From Coriobacteriia bacterium (GTDB lineage: Bacteria > Actinomycetota > Coriobacteriia > Anaerosomatales > SLCP01), in assembly GCA_019429145.1 (NCBI GenBank), contig JAHYJI010000001.1, positions 2,535-66,534 of the forward strand: DNA of 64,000 bases, in the 5' to 3' direction. Shown here in pieces: positions 55,302 through 64,000 of this stretch. The notes beneath the pieces were generated by a model. The model was not told the DNA's origin. It searched no databases and saw only the letters and a program-made list of their open reading frames with translations. The position numbers and the translations under genes are program-made. Each line of letters opens with the position of its first letter. Within the stretch, counting starts at the first letter, position 1.

Positions 55302-58046
55302 TCACTTCCGCACGCTGTTCTTGCGGGCACCGCGCTCTCGCCTGCGCATGACTGCCTTGAAGATCTCGTCGACAAACATCACCGACGAGGCGACCGCTAG
55401 CGCGACGCCCCACTCGGCCAGGCCGATCGCAGTGGTTCCGAAGACCTGCTGCGCGGGGCCCCAGTAGAGCACGACCACCTGCAACACGACAGCCAACGAG
55501 ATACCTGCGATGAGCAGCTTGTTGCCGAGCGGGTTCATGCGGAAGATCGACGTGCTCATCGAGCGCGTCGACACGGCGCGCCACCACTCGTAGGCCACAA
55601 GCGTCATGAACGCCATGGTCTGCCCCATCAACAGCCCCTGCGTGCTCTCGTAGTGGTTGAAGACCGACAGCGTGCCGATAGCGATGACCGGTGACAGCGT
55701 CAGCACCCGCAGCATCATCATGCGGGTCAGGATGCCCTCGCGTGGAGGCCGTGGCCGCTGCTTGAGAACATCCCCGTGCTTGGGCTCCAGCCCGAGGGGC
55801 AGCACGGACACACCGTCCGTCACCAGGTTGACCCAGAGGATCATGATCGCCGTGAACGGGAGCGGCAGGCCGAGTACCAGAGCAGCGGTGATGGCCATGA
55901 TCTCGCCGAGGTTGGTCGTGATCAGGAACATGACGACCCGCCGCAGGTTACCGAAGATGACCCTGCCCTGCTCGACAGCGGCGACGATGGTGGCGAAGTC
56001 GTCGTCGGTGAGCACCATGTCCGATGCTTCCTTGGCGACCTCGGTGCCGGTGATGCCCATCGCTACGCCGATGTCGGCCTGCTTGAGCGCGGGAGCGTCG
56101 TTGACCCCGTCACCCGTCATCGCTACGACCTCGTCGTGCGCCTTGAGTGCGCGAACGATCCTCAGCTTGTGAGCGGGCGTGACCCGGGCGAACACCGCGA
56201 TGTCCCTCACGCGCCGGGCGAGTTCCTCGTCGTCCATCTCTTCGAGGTCCTGGCCGGTCACGACCTCCTCGTCCTCCTCGAGAATCCCGGCCTTGCGCGC
56301 GATGGCGGCCGCCGTTGCCGCGTGGTCGCCCGTGATCATCTTTACGTCCATACCGGCCTCGTGCGCCGCTTCGATGGCGGCGACTGCGTCCGGCCGGGGC
56401 GGATCGAGCAACCCCCACAGACCGAGGAAGACGAGTCCCGCCTCGGCGTGCGAGCGCTCCGCCTCGTCCTCGTCGACCGCAGGGCGGTAGGCGCCGGCGA
56501 TGACGCGCAGCGCCTCATCGGCGAATGCCGCGGCCGCCTCCTCGATCTCGGCTCTCAGCTCATCGTCGAGCGGGCGCTCCTCGCCGTCGAGGAGCACGGT
56601 ATCGCTGAACTCGAGGATGCGCTCGAAGGCACCCTTCACGTGCAGCGTCGCGGCTCCGTCGGCCTTGTCCAGCGTCGCCATGTACTTGAACTTGCTCGAG
56701 AACGGGATCTCGTCGATCCGGTGATGTTCGCTGTCCAGTCCGCACTTCACGAGGCCTCGCTTGTGCGATGCCACAAGCAGCGCGCCTTCGGTCGGGTTAC
56801 CCTCGATCCGCCAGCGGCCGTCCTCCTGTTCGAGCGTGGCGTTGTTCGCGATGCATCCGATGGAGAGCAGCCTTTCGAGCTCCGCCGCACCGGGGGATCC
56901 CTCGTCGAGGGGCTCTCCTTCCTCGGTGGTGAACTCACCTTCAGGGGCGTACCCTTCACCGGTGACCCGGAGCCGCTGACCGCCGGCCCACACACGCGTG
57001 ACAGTCATCTCGTTGCGGGTGATCGTCCCGGTCTTGTCGGAGCAGATGACCGTGGTCGAGCCGAGCGTCTCGACCGCCGGCAGCCGTCGCACGATCGCCC
57101 CGCGTTCCGCCATCCTCTGGACGCCGAGTGCCAGTACGACGCTGATGACGGCTGGCAGCCCCTCCGGGATCGCGGAGACGGCGGCGGCAACCGAGAACAA
57201 CAGCATCTCGTAGAGCTCTTCGCCCCGGCCGATGCCGATCGAGAAGATGAGCCCTGCGAGAAGCACGGCAGCCACGCCGACGTACAGGCCGAGGCTCGAG
57301 AGCCGGCGCTGCAGCGGCGTCTCCATCTGGTCGACGGTCTGAACGTCGCCGGCGATGGCGCCGATCGACGTCTCCATACCGGTGGCCACGACCACCGCGC
57401 GGCCGCGACCGTCGGTCACGTTCGTTGACGACCAGACCATGTTGCGCCGGTCGGCAAGCGGGGTCGACTCCTCGAACTCGTCGGTGTCCTTGCCGACGGT
57501 GTCCGACTCACCCGTCAGGGCCGATTCGTCGACCCGCAGTTCGGTGACATCAAGCACGCGCGCGTCCGCGGCGACGAGGTCTCCTGCCTCCAGCAGGAGG
57601 ATGTCGCCCGGAACGACGTCCTGGGCAGGGATGACCTCGGCGTCGCCATCTCTGAGCACCCGCGCCCGCGGTGCCGCCATCCGCCTCAGTGCATCCAGCG
57701 TCTTCTCAGCACGCCACTCCTGAGAAACGCCGATCAGCGTGTTGAAGATGATCACTGCGGCGATCACGCCCGAATCGACGTAGTGCTCGGCAAGCGCGGA
57801 GATGACGGCCGCAGCGATCAGCAGGTAGATGAGCGGGCTCTTAAGCTGCTTGAGCACGAGGGCGGCGAGCGAGACCCCGCCCTCGGCCGAGAGCGTGTTG
57901 GGGCCGTACTCGTCGAGTCGCCCTGCCGGCTGATCGCCAGCAAGCCCGTCGACAGATGACCCGAGGTCCTCGAGGACCTGCTCGGCGGTCAGGGCGTGCC
58001 ACTTCTCTGTTGTCTCCGGGGTCGTGCTGGGCATCGTTGGGCGCAC
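55302..58046 (-). CDS. P-type cation-transporting ATPase (type II, Ca2+-ATPase-like)
   Basis: Contains TGES, the phosphorylation site [14 protein letters not shown] and GDGVNDAP, and has 10 TMs. The start is 58046 or 58034. Confidence 0.9.
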   Translation of the reverse strand: MRPTMPSTTPETTEKWHALTAEQVLEDLGSSVDGLAGDQPAGRLDEYGPNTLSAEGGVSLAALVLKQLKSPLIYLLIAAAVISALAEHYVDSGVIAAVIIFNTLIGVSQEWRAEKTLDALRRMAAPRARVLRDGDAEVIPAQDVVPGDILLLEAGDLVAADARVLDVTELRVDESALTGESDTVGKDTDEFEESTPLADRRNMVWSSTNVTDGRGRAVVVATGMETSIGAIAGDVQTVDQMETPLQRRLSSLGLYVGVAAVLLAGLIFSIGIGRGEELYEMLLFSVAAAVSAIPEGLPAVISVVLALGVQRMAERGAIVRRLPAVETLGSTTVICSDKTGTITRNEMTVTRVWAGGQRLRVTGEGYAPEGEFTTEEGEPLDEGSPGAAELERLLSIGCIANNATLEQEDGRWRIEGNPTEGALLVASHKRGLVKCGLDSEHHRIDEIPFSSKFKYMATLDKADGAATLHVKGAFERILEFSDTVLLDGEERPLDDELRAEIEEAAAAFADEALRVIAGAYRPAVDEDEAERSHAEAGLVFLGLWGLLDPPRPDAVAAIEAAHEAGMDVKMITGDHAATAAAIARKAGILEEDEEVVTGQDLEEMDDEELARRVRDIAVFARVTPAHKLRIVRALKAHDEVVAMTGDGVNDAPALKQADIGVAMGITGTEVAKEASDMVLTDDDFATIVAAVEQGRVIFGNLRRVVMFLITTNLGEIMAITAALVLGLPLPFTAIMILWVNLVTDGVSVLPLGLEPKHGDVLKQRPRPPREGILTRMMMLRVLTLSPVIAIGTLSVFNHYESTQGLLMGQTMAFMTLVAYEWWRAVSTRSMSTSIFRMNPLGNKLLIAGISLAVVLQVVVLYWGPAQQVFGTTAIGLAEWGVALAVASSVMFVDEIFKAVMRRRERGARKNSVRK

Positions 58047-58220
58047 CCGACCAGGGTCGGCGGCGCGTCACCTCCTGCGTCAGTTCGGCGACAGGGTCCG
58101 GCGGCGTCGCCGACACTCCAACAGCGGCCTGCGGCGAATCCGTATAGCAGGTACATACCCACCCCCCGTGATACCAACGGGGAATCAAGAGAGCAGACAG
58201 ACTTCAGCGGAAGGAATCCG

Positions 58221-59000
58221 ATGGTTCCAGCACACGGCAACACCCCGGCGACAGTACGTCCTCGCCGGTTGAGGAAGCTCCTCATCGCAGCGTGCGCCCT
58301 GCTCCTGCTCGTAGCGGCCGCGTTCCTCGTCTGGGCACTCACCCCGTACCGCGCTAACGAGATGGCACTCGAGGCGATGAAGAGCGACGACAGGGTCACC
58401 GTCAGCGAGGGCCGTGAGGGTATCGTGTTCATGCCCTCGGCGACACCGGCTGCCGGGCTCGTGCTCTATCCGGGCGGACGAGTCGAAGCGAAGGCATATG
58501 CTCCGCTTGCACGGATGATCGCCGAGAAGGGCTACCTCGTCGTCGTCCAACCAATGCCGCTGAACCTGGCGGTCTTCGGCATCGGGCGGGCCCAGCGAGC
58601 GCTCGACGCATTCCCCTCCATCGATGTGTGGGCCGTCGGAGGGCACTCACTCGGCGGCTCGATGGCTGTCGAGTTCGCGGCGCGGGAGCCTGACCGGGTC
58701 GACGGACTCGTATTCCTGGCCTCCTACCCGGCCTCATCGGCCGACCTGACCGACTCCGGCCTCGACGTCATCTCGGTGTGGGGCACCAACGACGGACTCG
58801 TCACGCGGGACGATGTGGAAGAGTCGCGGTTCCGTCTGCCTCCGTCGGCGGAGATGATCGTGATCGACGGGGGGAATCACGCGGGGTTCGGCGCGTACGG
58901 AAAGCAGTCCGGCGACGGCGGGTCAACGCTCGCCGACGGCGCTCAGGCATCGACCACCGCGGCGGGGGTTGCCGGATTACTGGAACGTATCTCCGAGTAG
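58221..59000 (+). CDS. Membrane-anchored alpha/beta hydrolase
   Basis: N-terminal TM, a GHSLGG nucleophile elbow, and late D/H (GTNDG.., GGNHAGF). Confidence 0.7.
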   Translation: MVPAHGNTPATVRPRRLRKLLIAACALLLLVAAAFLVWALTPYRANEMALEAMKSDDRVTVSEGREGIVFMPSATPAAGLVLYPGGRVEAKAYAPLARMIAEKGYLVVVQPMPLNLAVFGIGRAQRALDAFPSIDVWAVGGHSLGGSMAVEFAAREPDRVDGLVFLASYPASSADLTDSGLDVISVWGTNDGLVTRDDVEESRFRLPPSAEMIVIDGGNHAGFGAYGKQSGDGGSTLADGAQASTTAAGVAGLLERISE

Positions 59001-59156
59001 GGATGCACACCCGAAAGCGCCCCACATGACCCGTTGTTCCGCTGTTCAAGCATGGTATGCGGGTTGCCGATACTCTCTCCAGGGAAGAATCGGGTTCCCG
59101 CGCGAACGCTGCGCGGAGTCTCCGCGCATGGATACGATTGCGAGAGGGGGGATCGC

Positions 59157-61643
59157 ATGGCACTGGATCACAGGCTCACCGAGCTAGTGGACCGCGCGCA
59201 TGGCGATTCACCCGATCCTGTCGTGTGCATCCTGCCGGATCTCACCATTGGCTACGCGAATGCCGCAGCCGAGTCGTACGCGGGCGTTCAACCGGGTGCG
59301 CTCGTGGGCACTCGCTGTCACGAGGTGCTCATCGGATCGCCGGGACCGTGCTCGGGCTGCATGGCGCGCGAGGTCTTCAAGGACGGGAAGCCGCGCGAGC
59401 GGACACGTCACATCACCGGGGCTAAACAGGCCGAGCGGTGGGTGCTCGAGAGCTGGCAGCCACTCCTCGGCAGCGATGGCTCGGTCGCGTGTGTCCTGGA
59501 GACCAGCCGGGACCAGACCGCCACGCGCGTTGCCGAGCGGGCAGCGATCGCGTCGGTGGAGCTGCGTGCCGAGCGTGATCGCATGCAGCACTTTCTCGAC
59601 GCCACGGCAGCGGTGATCATGACGCTCGATCCGGAAGGGGTCGTCACGAGGATCAACCGCACCGGCGTGGAGGTGCTCGGGCGCGAGGCCTCCGAGGTCA
59701 TCGGGCGCGACTGGCTCACAGAATTCGTCCCGCTCGAGCAGCGCGACGAGTGCCGCGAGCGCTTCAGGAGGATCATGAGCGGTGACTACGCCTCGGCGGA
59801 GGACCCGTGCGAGCACGACGTCACGCGACCCGACGGGAGCGTTCGGCGCGTGGAATGGCACAACGCCGTTACCCAGGATGAGGCCGGCATCGTGACCGGC
59901 ATGCTGTGCTCCGGGATCGACGTGACACGCCGGATGGCAGCCGAGGAGGAGCTCAGGTTCCGCTCGGACGTGCTCGACAAGGCCAACGATGCCGTCGTCG
60001 TCCACGATCCCCAGGGCAAACCGGTCTACGCGAACAAACGAGTGTGTGCGATGTGCGGCTACACTCGCGAGGAGTTTCTCGGGCTCGAGCCGTTCGGCTG
60101 GCTGGATCCGGAGCACCGGGAGGTCCACGAGACGGTCCGCGAGGCCCTCGCACGTACCGGCGCTGCCATCTTCGAGACGCTCTACCTCGCCCGCGACGGT
60201 ACGCGCATCCCGGTGGAGGCCCATGCGACCGCCACCGAGGTCGGCGGGCGCAACGTGATCGTGACCGCGGGCCGCGACATCAGCGACCGTAAGCGTGCCG
60301 AGCAGGCGATGAGCCGGCTGGCCTTCTACGACCCGCTCACGGGGCTCGCCAACCGCGCACTCTTCCTGGATCGGCTCCGTCACGCCTCGGCAGCGAGCAA
60401 GCGCACCGGCGAACGGCTCGCAGTCGCCTTCGTCGATCTCGATCACTTCAAGACGATCAACGACAGTCTCGGACACGCGACCGGCGACGCTGCGCTCATG
60501 GAGATCGCCCGCCGCATCAAGTCGAGACTGCGCGACGCCGACACCGTTGCCCGGCTCGGTGGCGACGAGTTCACCGTGCTCATGTCCGGCATTGAGAGCG
60601 CCGACGATGCCGAGCACGTTGCGGCCAAGCTTCTGGAGTGCTTCCGGGAGCCCGTGACCGTGTCGGGCAGAGAGATCTTCGTGACCGCCAGCATCGGGGT
60701 TGCGCTGAGCTCTACCGAGGACCAGGAGGACGTCGGCGCTCTGCTCGGCCGGGCCGACACCGCCATGTACCGGGCGAAGCATGGCGGCAGGGACACCTAC
60801 TGCCTGCACGACGCGGCGCTCACCGAATCGAGCCGCGAGATGTTCGGGCTGAAGAACGACCTTCATGGCGCTGCCGAGCGCAACGAGCTCGATCTGCGCT
60901 TCCTGCCGATCGTCCGCGTGTCCGACGGAGTCCTCAGCGGTGTCGAAGCGCTCATCCGCTGGAACCATCCCGAGATGGGCCAGATCGCACCCTCGACGTT
61001 CCTCCCGCTTGCCGAGGAGTCGGAACTCATCGTCGAGATCGGATCGTGGGCGATCCGCCGCGCGTGCGAGCAGTTCGGCGAGTGGCGCGGCAAAGGCCTG
61101 CTCTCCGACGCGCGCCTCACCGTCAACCTGGCGGCTCGACAGTTCGCGGACCCGACGCTGGCCAAGCGGATCGGCATCCTGCTCGACGAGAACGGGTTCG
61201 AGCCCGGGGCGTTGGAGCTCGAGATCACCGAGGGCACCTTCCGCGGCGGCGAGAGCATGCACACCATCTGGAACGAACTGCGCGACCTGGGCGTGCGCAT
61301 CTCCATCGATGACTTCGGGCGCGGCTACTCCTCCCTCGACCAGCTGCTGCGATTCGAGGTCGACGCCATCAAGATCGACCGCGAGTTCGTCCGCGGACTC
61401 GGGCGCAACGCGCGCTCGACTGCGGTGTGCAGAGCCGTCATCTCAATCGCCCGGCAGCTCGGGATCACCGTGGTCGCCGAGGGGGTCGAGACGCGCGTGC
61501 AGCACGCGTGCCTGCGTGCCGAGCACTGTGACGAGATGCAGGGCTATCTGATCAGCCCCGCGCTGCCCGCCGCGCAGCTCGAACCGCTCCTGCACGAGGA
61601 GACGCTCATGCACTGGCGGGAGTCGCCCGCAACGACGAAGTAG
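59157..61643 (+). CDS. PAS(x3)-GGDEF-EAL signalling protein
   Basis: Three PAS-like segments. GGDEF is intact with an RDAD-x5 I-site. The EAL domain has EALIRW, DDFGRGYSSL and EGVE. Confidence 0.9.
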   Translation: MALDHRLTELVDRAHGDSPDPVVCILPDLTIGYANAAAESYAGVQPGALVGTRCHEVLIGSPGPCSGCMAREVFKDGKPRERTRHITGAKQAERWVLESWQPLLGSDGSVACVLETSRDQTATRVAERAAIASVELRAERDRMQHFLDATAAVIMTLDPEGVVTRINRTGVEVLGREASEVIGRDWLTEFVPLEQRDECRERFRRIMSGDYASAEDPCEHDVTRPDGSVRRVEWHNAVTQDEAGIVTGMLCSGIDVTRRMAAEEELRFRSDVLDKANDAVVVHDPQGKPVYANKRVCAMCGYTREEFLGLEPFGWLDPEHREVHETVREALARTGAAIFETLYLARDGTRIPVEAHATATEVGGRNVIVTAGRDISDRKRAEQAMSRLAFYDPLTGLANRALFLDRLRHASAASKRTGERLAVAFVDLDHFKTINDSLGHATGDAALMEIARRIKSRLRDADTVARLGGDEFTVLMSGIESADDAEHVAAKLLECFREPVTVSGREIFVTASIGVALSSTEDQEDVGALLGRADTAMYRAKHGGRDTYCLHDAALTESSREMFGLKNDLHGAAERNELDLRFLPIVRVSDGVLSGVEALIRWNHPEMGQIAPSTFLPLAEESELIVEIGSWAIRRACEQFGEWRGKGLLSDARLTVNLAARQFADPTLAKRIGILLDENGFEPGALELEITEGTFRGGESMHTIWNELRDLGVRISIDDFGRGYSSLDQLLRFEVDAIKIDREFVRGLGRNARSTAVCRAVISIARQLGITVVAEGVETRVQHACLRAEHCDEMQGYLISPALPAAQLEPLLHEETLMHWRESPATTK

Positions 61644-61684
61644 CGTCCTCGCGCCACGGAGAGGGCCCGAGCGTACCGGGTGCG

Positions 61685-62791
<1,107 letters not shown>

Positions 62792-62795
62792 CTCT

Positions 62796-63674
62796 CTACC
62801 CTTTCACCGCACCGGCCAGGATGCCCTCGACGAAGTAGCGCTGGAGCGCGAAGAAGATCGCGAGCGGCAGAAGCATCGAAACGAACGCAGCCGCCGTGAG
62901 CAGATGCCACTCGCTGCCGAACGAGCTCACGAGGTTGGAGACGGTGACCGTCATGGGCGCTACGCTTCGCGAGCCGCCCAGATACACGAGAGCGACGAGG
63001 AGGTCGTTCCACACCCAGAGGAACTGGAAGATGCCGAGGGCGGCCAGCGACGGCACCGAGAGCGGCATCACGATACGGAAGAACACACGCCGGTGCGAGG
63101 CACCTTCGAGGAACGCGGACTCGAGCAGGTCCTTTGGCAGCGCGATGAAGAAGTTGCGGAGCAGGAAGACCGCGAACGGCAGGCCGTAGGCGGTATGCGC
63201 CAGCCAGACCGCCGGGAAGGTACCCGTGAGCCCCGAGGAGGCGAACATCTGCAGCACCGGGATCAGCGTGAGTTGGATCGGCACGACGATAAGCCCGACT
63301 ACGATCAGGAAGATGGTGTCCCCTCCGGGCAGGTCCATCCAGGAGAACGCGTAGGCGGCGAAGGCCGCCACGATCACGACAAAGACCGTGACCGGGACCG
63401 AGATGATGAGGCTGTTGATGAAGGACTGCCCCATCCCCTGCGCGGAGACCACCTGCTCGTAGTTGGTCAGGGTGAACTCGAACGGGGTCGTGAACGAGGT
63501 CCACCAGCCGGTGGTGGCGATGACGTCCCTCGGACGGAGCGAGCTCACGAACAGGCCGACCGAGGGAAGCATCCACAGCAGGCAGATGACGATGATCGCG
63601 ACGTGGAGCGGGCCCCGTGACACGTGTCGCATGAGGCGCTCCTGCCGGGAAAGCGATACGGCTTCTCTGGCCAT
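62796..63674 (-). CDS. Sugar ABC transporter permease (MalG-like)
   Basis: 6 TMs with an EAA-loop (ESAFLEGASHRRVFFRIVMP). Confidence 0.85.
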   Translation of the reverse strand: MAREAVSLSRQERLMRHVSRGPLHVAIIVICLLWMLPSVGLFVSSLRPRDVIATTGWWTSFTTPFEFTLTNYEQVVSAQGMGQSFINSLIISVPVTVFVVIVAAFAAYAFSWMDLPGGDTIFLIVVGLIVVPIQLTLIPVLQMFASSGLTGTFPAVWLAHTAYGLPFAVFLLRNFFIALPKDLLESAFLEGASHRRVFFRIVMPLSVPSLAALGIFQFLWVWNDLLVALVYLGGSRSVAPMTVTVSNLVSSFGSEWHLLTAAAFVSMLLPLAIFFALQRYFVEGILAGAVKG

Positions 63675-63677
63675 GGC

Positions 63678-64000
63678 CTACTGCTCCCGCCTGAACCGTC
63701 GGATGTTGAGAGCCATGAGCGGGATGATGGCCAGCAGCAGCACGACCGCCACCGCGCTCGCCCGACCGAAGTTCCCGAAGGTGAACATCTCCTTGAACAT
63801 GCGGTTCGCGAGAACATCGGTCTGGTAGTTTCCGAACGTCATAACGTAGACGAGGTCGAAGACCTTGAGCGAGTTGATGGTCAGCGTCACCGCAACTACC
63901 AGCATCACCGAGCGCAGCATCGGCAGGATGACGCGCCAGAAGATCTGCACCTCGTTGGCGCCATCGACGCGGGCGGCCTCGAGCACCTCGGCCGGTATGC
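63678..64000 (-). CDS. Sugar ABC transporter permease (MalF-like), C-terminal part; 5' end beyond the right window edge
   Basis: EAA-loop EAARVDGANEVQIFWRVILP. The frame stays open to base 64000. Confidence 0.8.
   Translation of the reverse strand, partial: IPAEVLEAARVDGANEVQIFWRVILPMLRSVMLVVAVTLTINSLKVFDLVYVMTFGNYQTDVLANRMFKEMFTFGNFGRASAVAVVLLLAIIPLMALNIRRFRREQ

Noticed and set aside
59208-61262. 684-aa minus-strand ORF antisense to the PAS-GGDEF-EAL gene
   Set aside because: Same reasoning: the GGDEF and EAL motifs are unambiguous on the plus strand.

Overview
High-GC (roughly two-thirds G+C by eye), densely coding bacterial chromosome segment. I call about 58 protein genes and one SRP RNA. 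I found no rRNA, tRNA, CRISPR array or IS/transposase by eye. Gene content suggests an anaerobic Actinomycetota-like organism (inference from family content only). The evidence is a sortase plus LPXTG-type adhesin, a large secreted protein/trxB/trxA neighbourhood, lysC-asd, ffs-dnaX-ybaB-recR, a four-subunit 2-oxoacid:ferredoxin oxidoreductase, hypFCDE, and NikR with an ECF-type Ni/Co importer. Housekeeping blocks: dnaK (partial), lon, trxBA, pgi, asd/lysC, recR/ybaB/dnaX. The most interesting items are these. (1) A gene at 38811-40601 fuses a ferredoxin domain, an [FeFe]-hydrogenase H-domain-like module with a Cx2Cx4Cx16C accessory-cluster motif (the layout described for 'sensory' HydS hydrogenases), and an intact GGDEF diguanylate cyclase. 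It is translationally coupled to a QueT-like transporter and followed by an orphan AmmeMemoRadiSam-type radical SAM gene. (2) The sortase-dependent adhesin locus (5.0-9.3 kb) is surrounded by an unassigned family of structured intergenic repeats. One part is a duplicated dyad box, -10 hexamer and conserved hairpin leader that ends in an intrinsic terminator just upstream of the adhesin start codon, which looks like a riboswitch or attenuator. The other part is a pair of terminator modules with identical flanks and loop but completely exchanged, still complementary stems. (3) A zinc-ribbon protein with a HEPN-like RNxxxH motif sits between nickel-uptake and hyp genes. (4) Further oddities are a PIN-TM-TPR protein, an eRF1-like (baeRF) protein, and a phosphoesterase gene with no canonical start codon. 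All family assignments come from motif recognition by eye; no database search was run.
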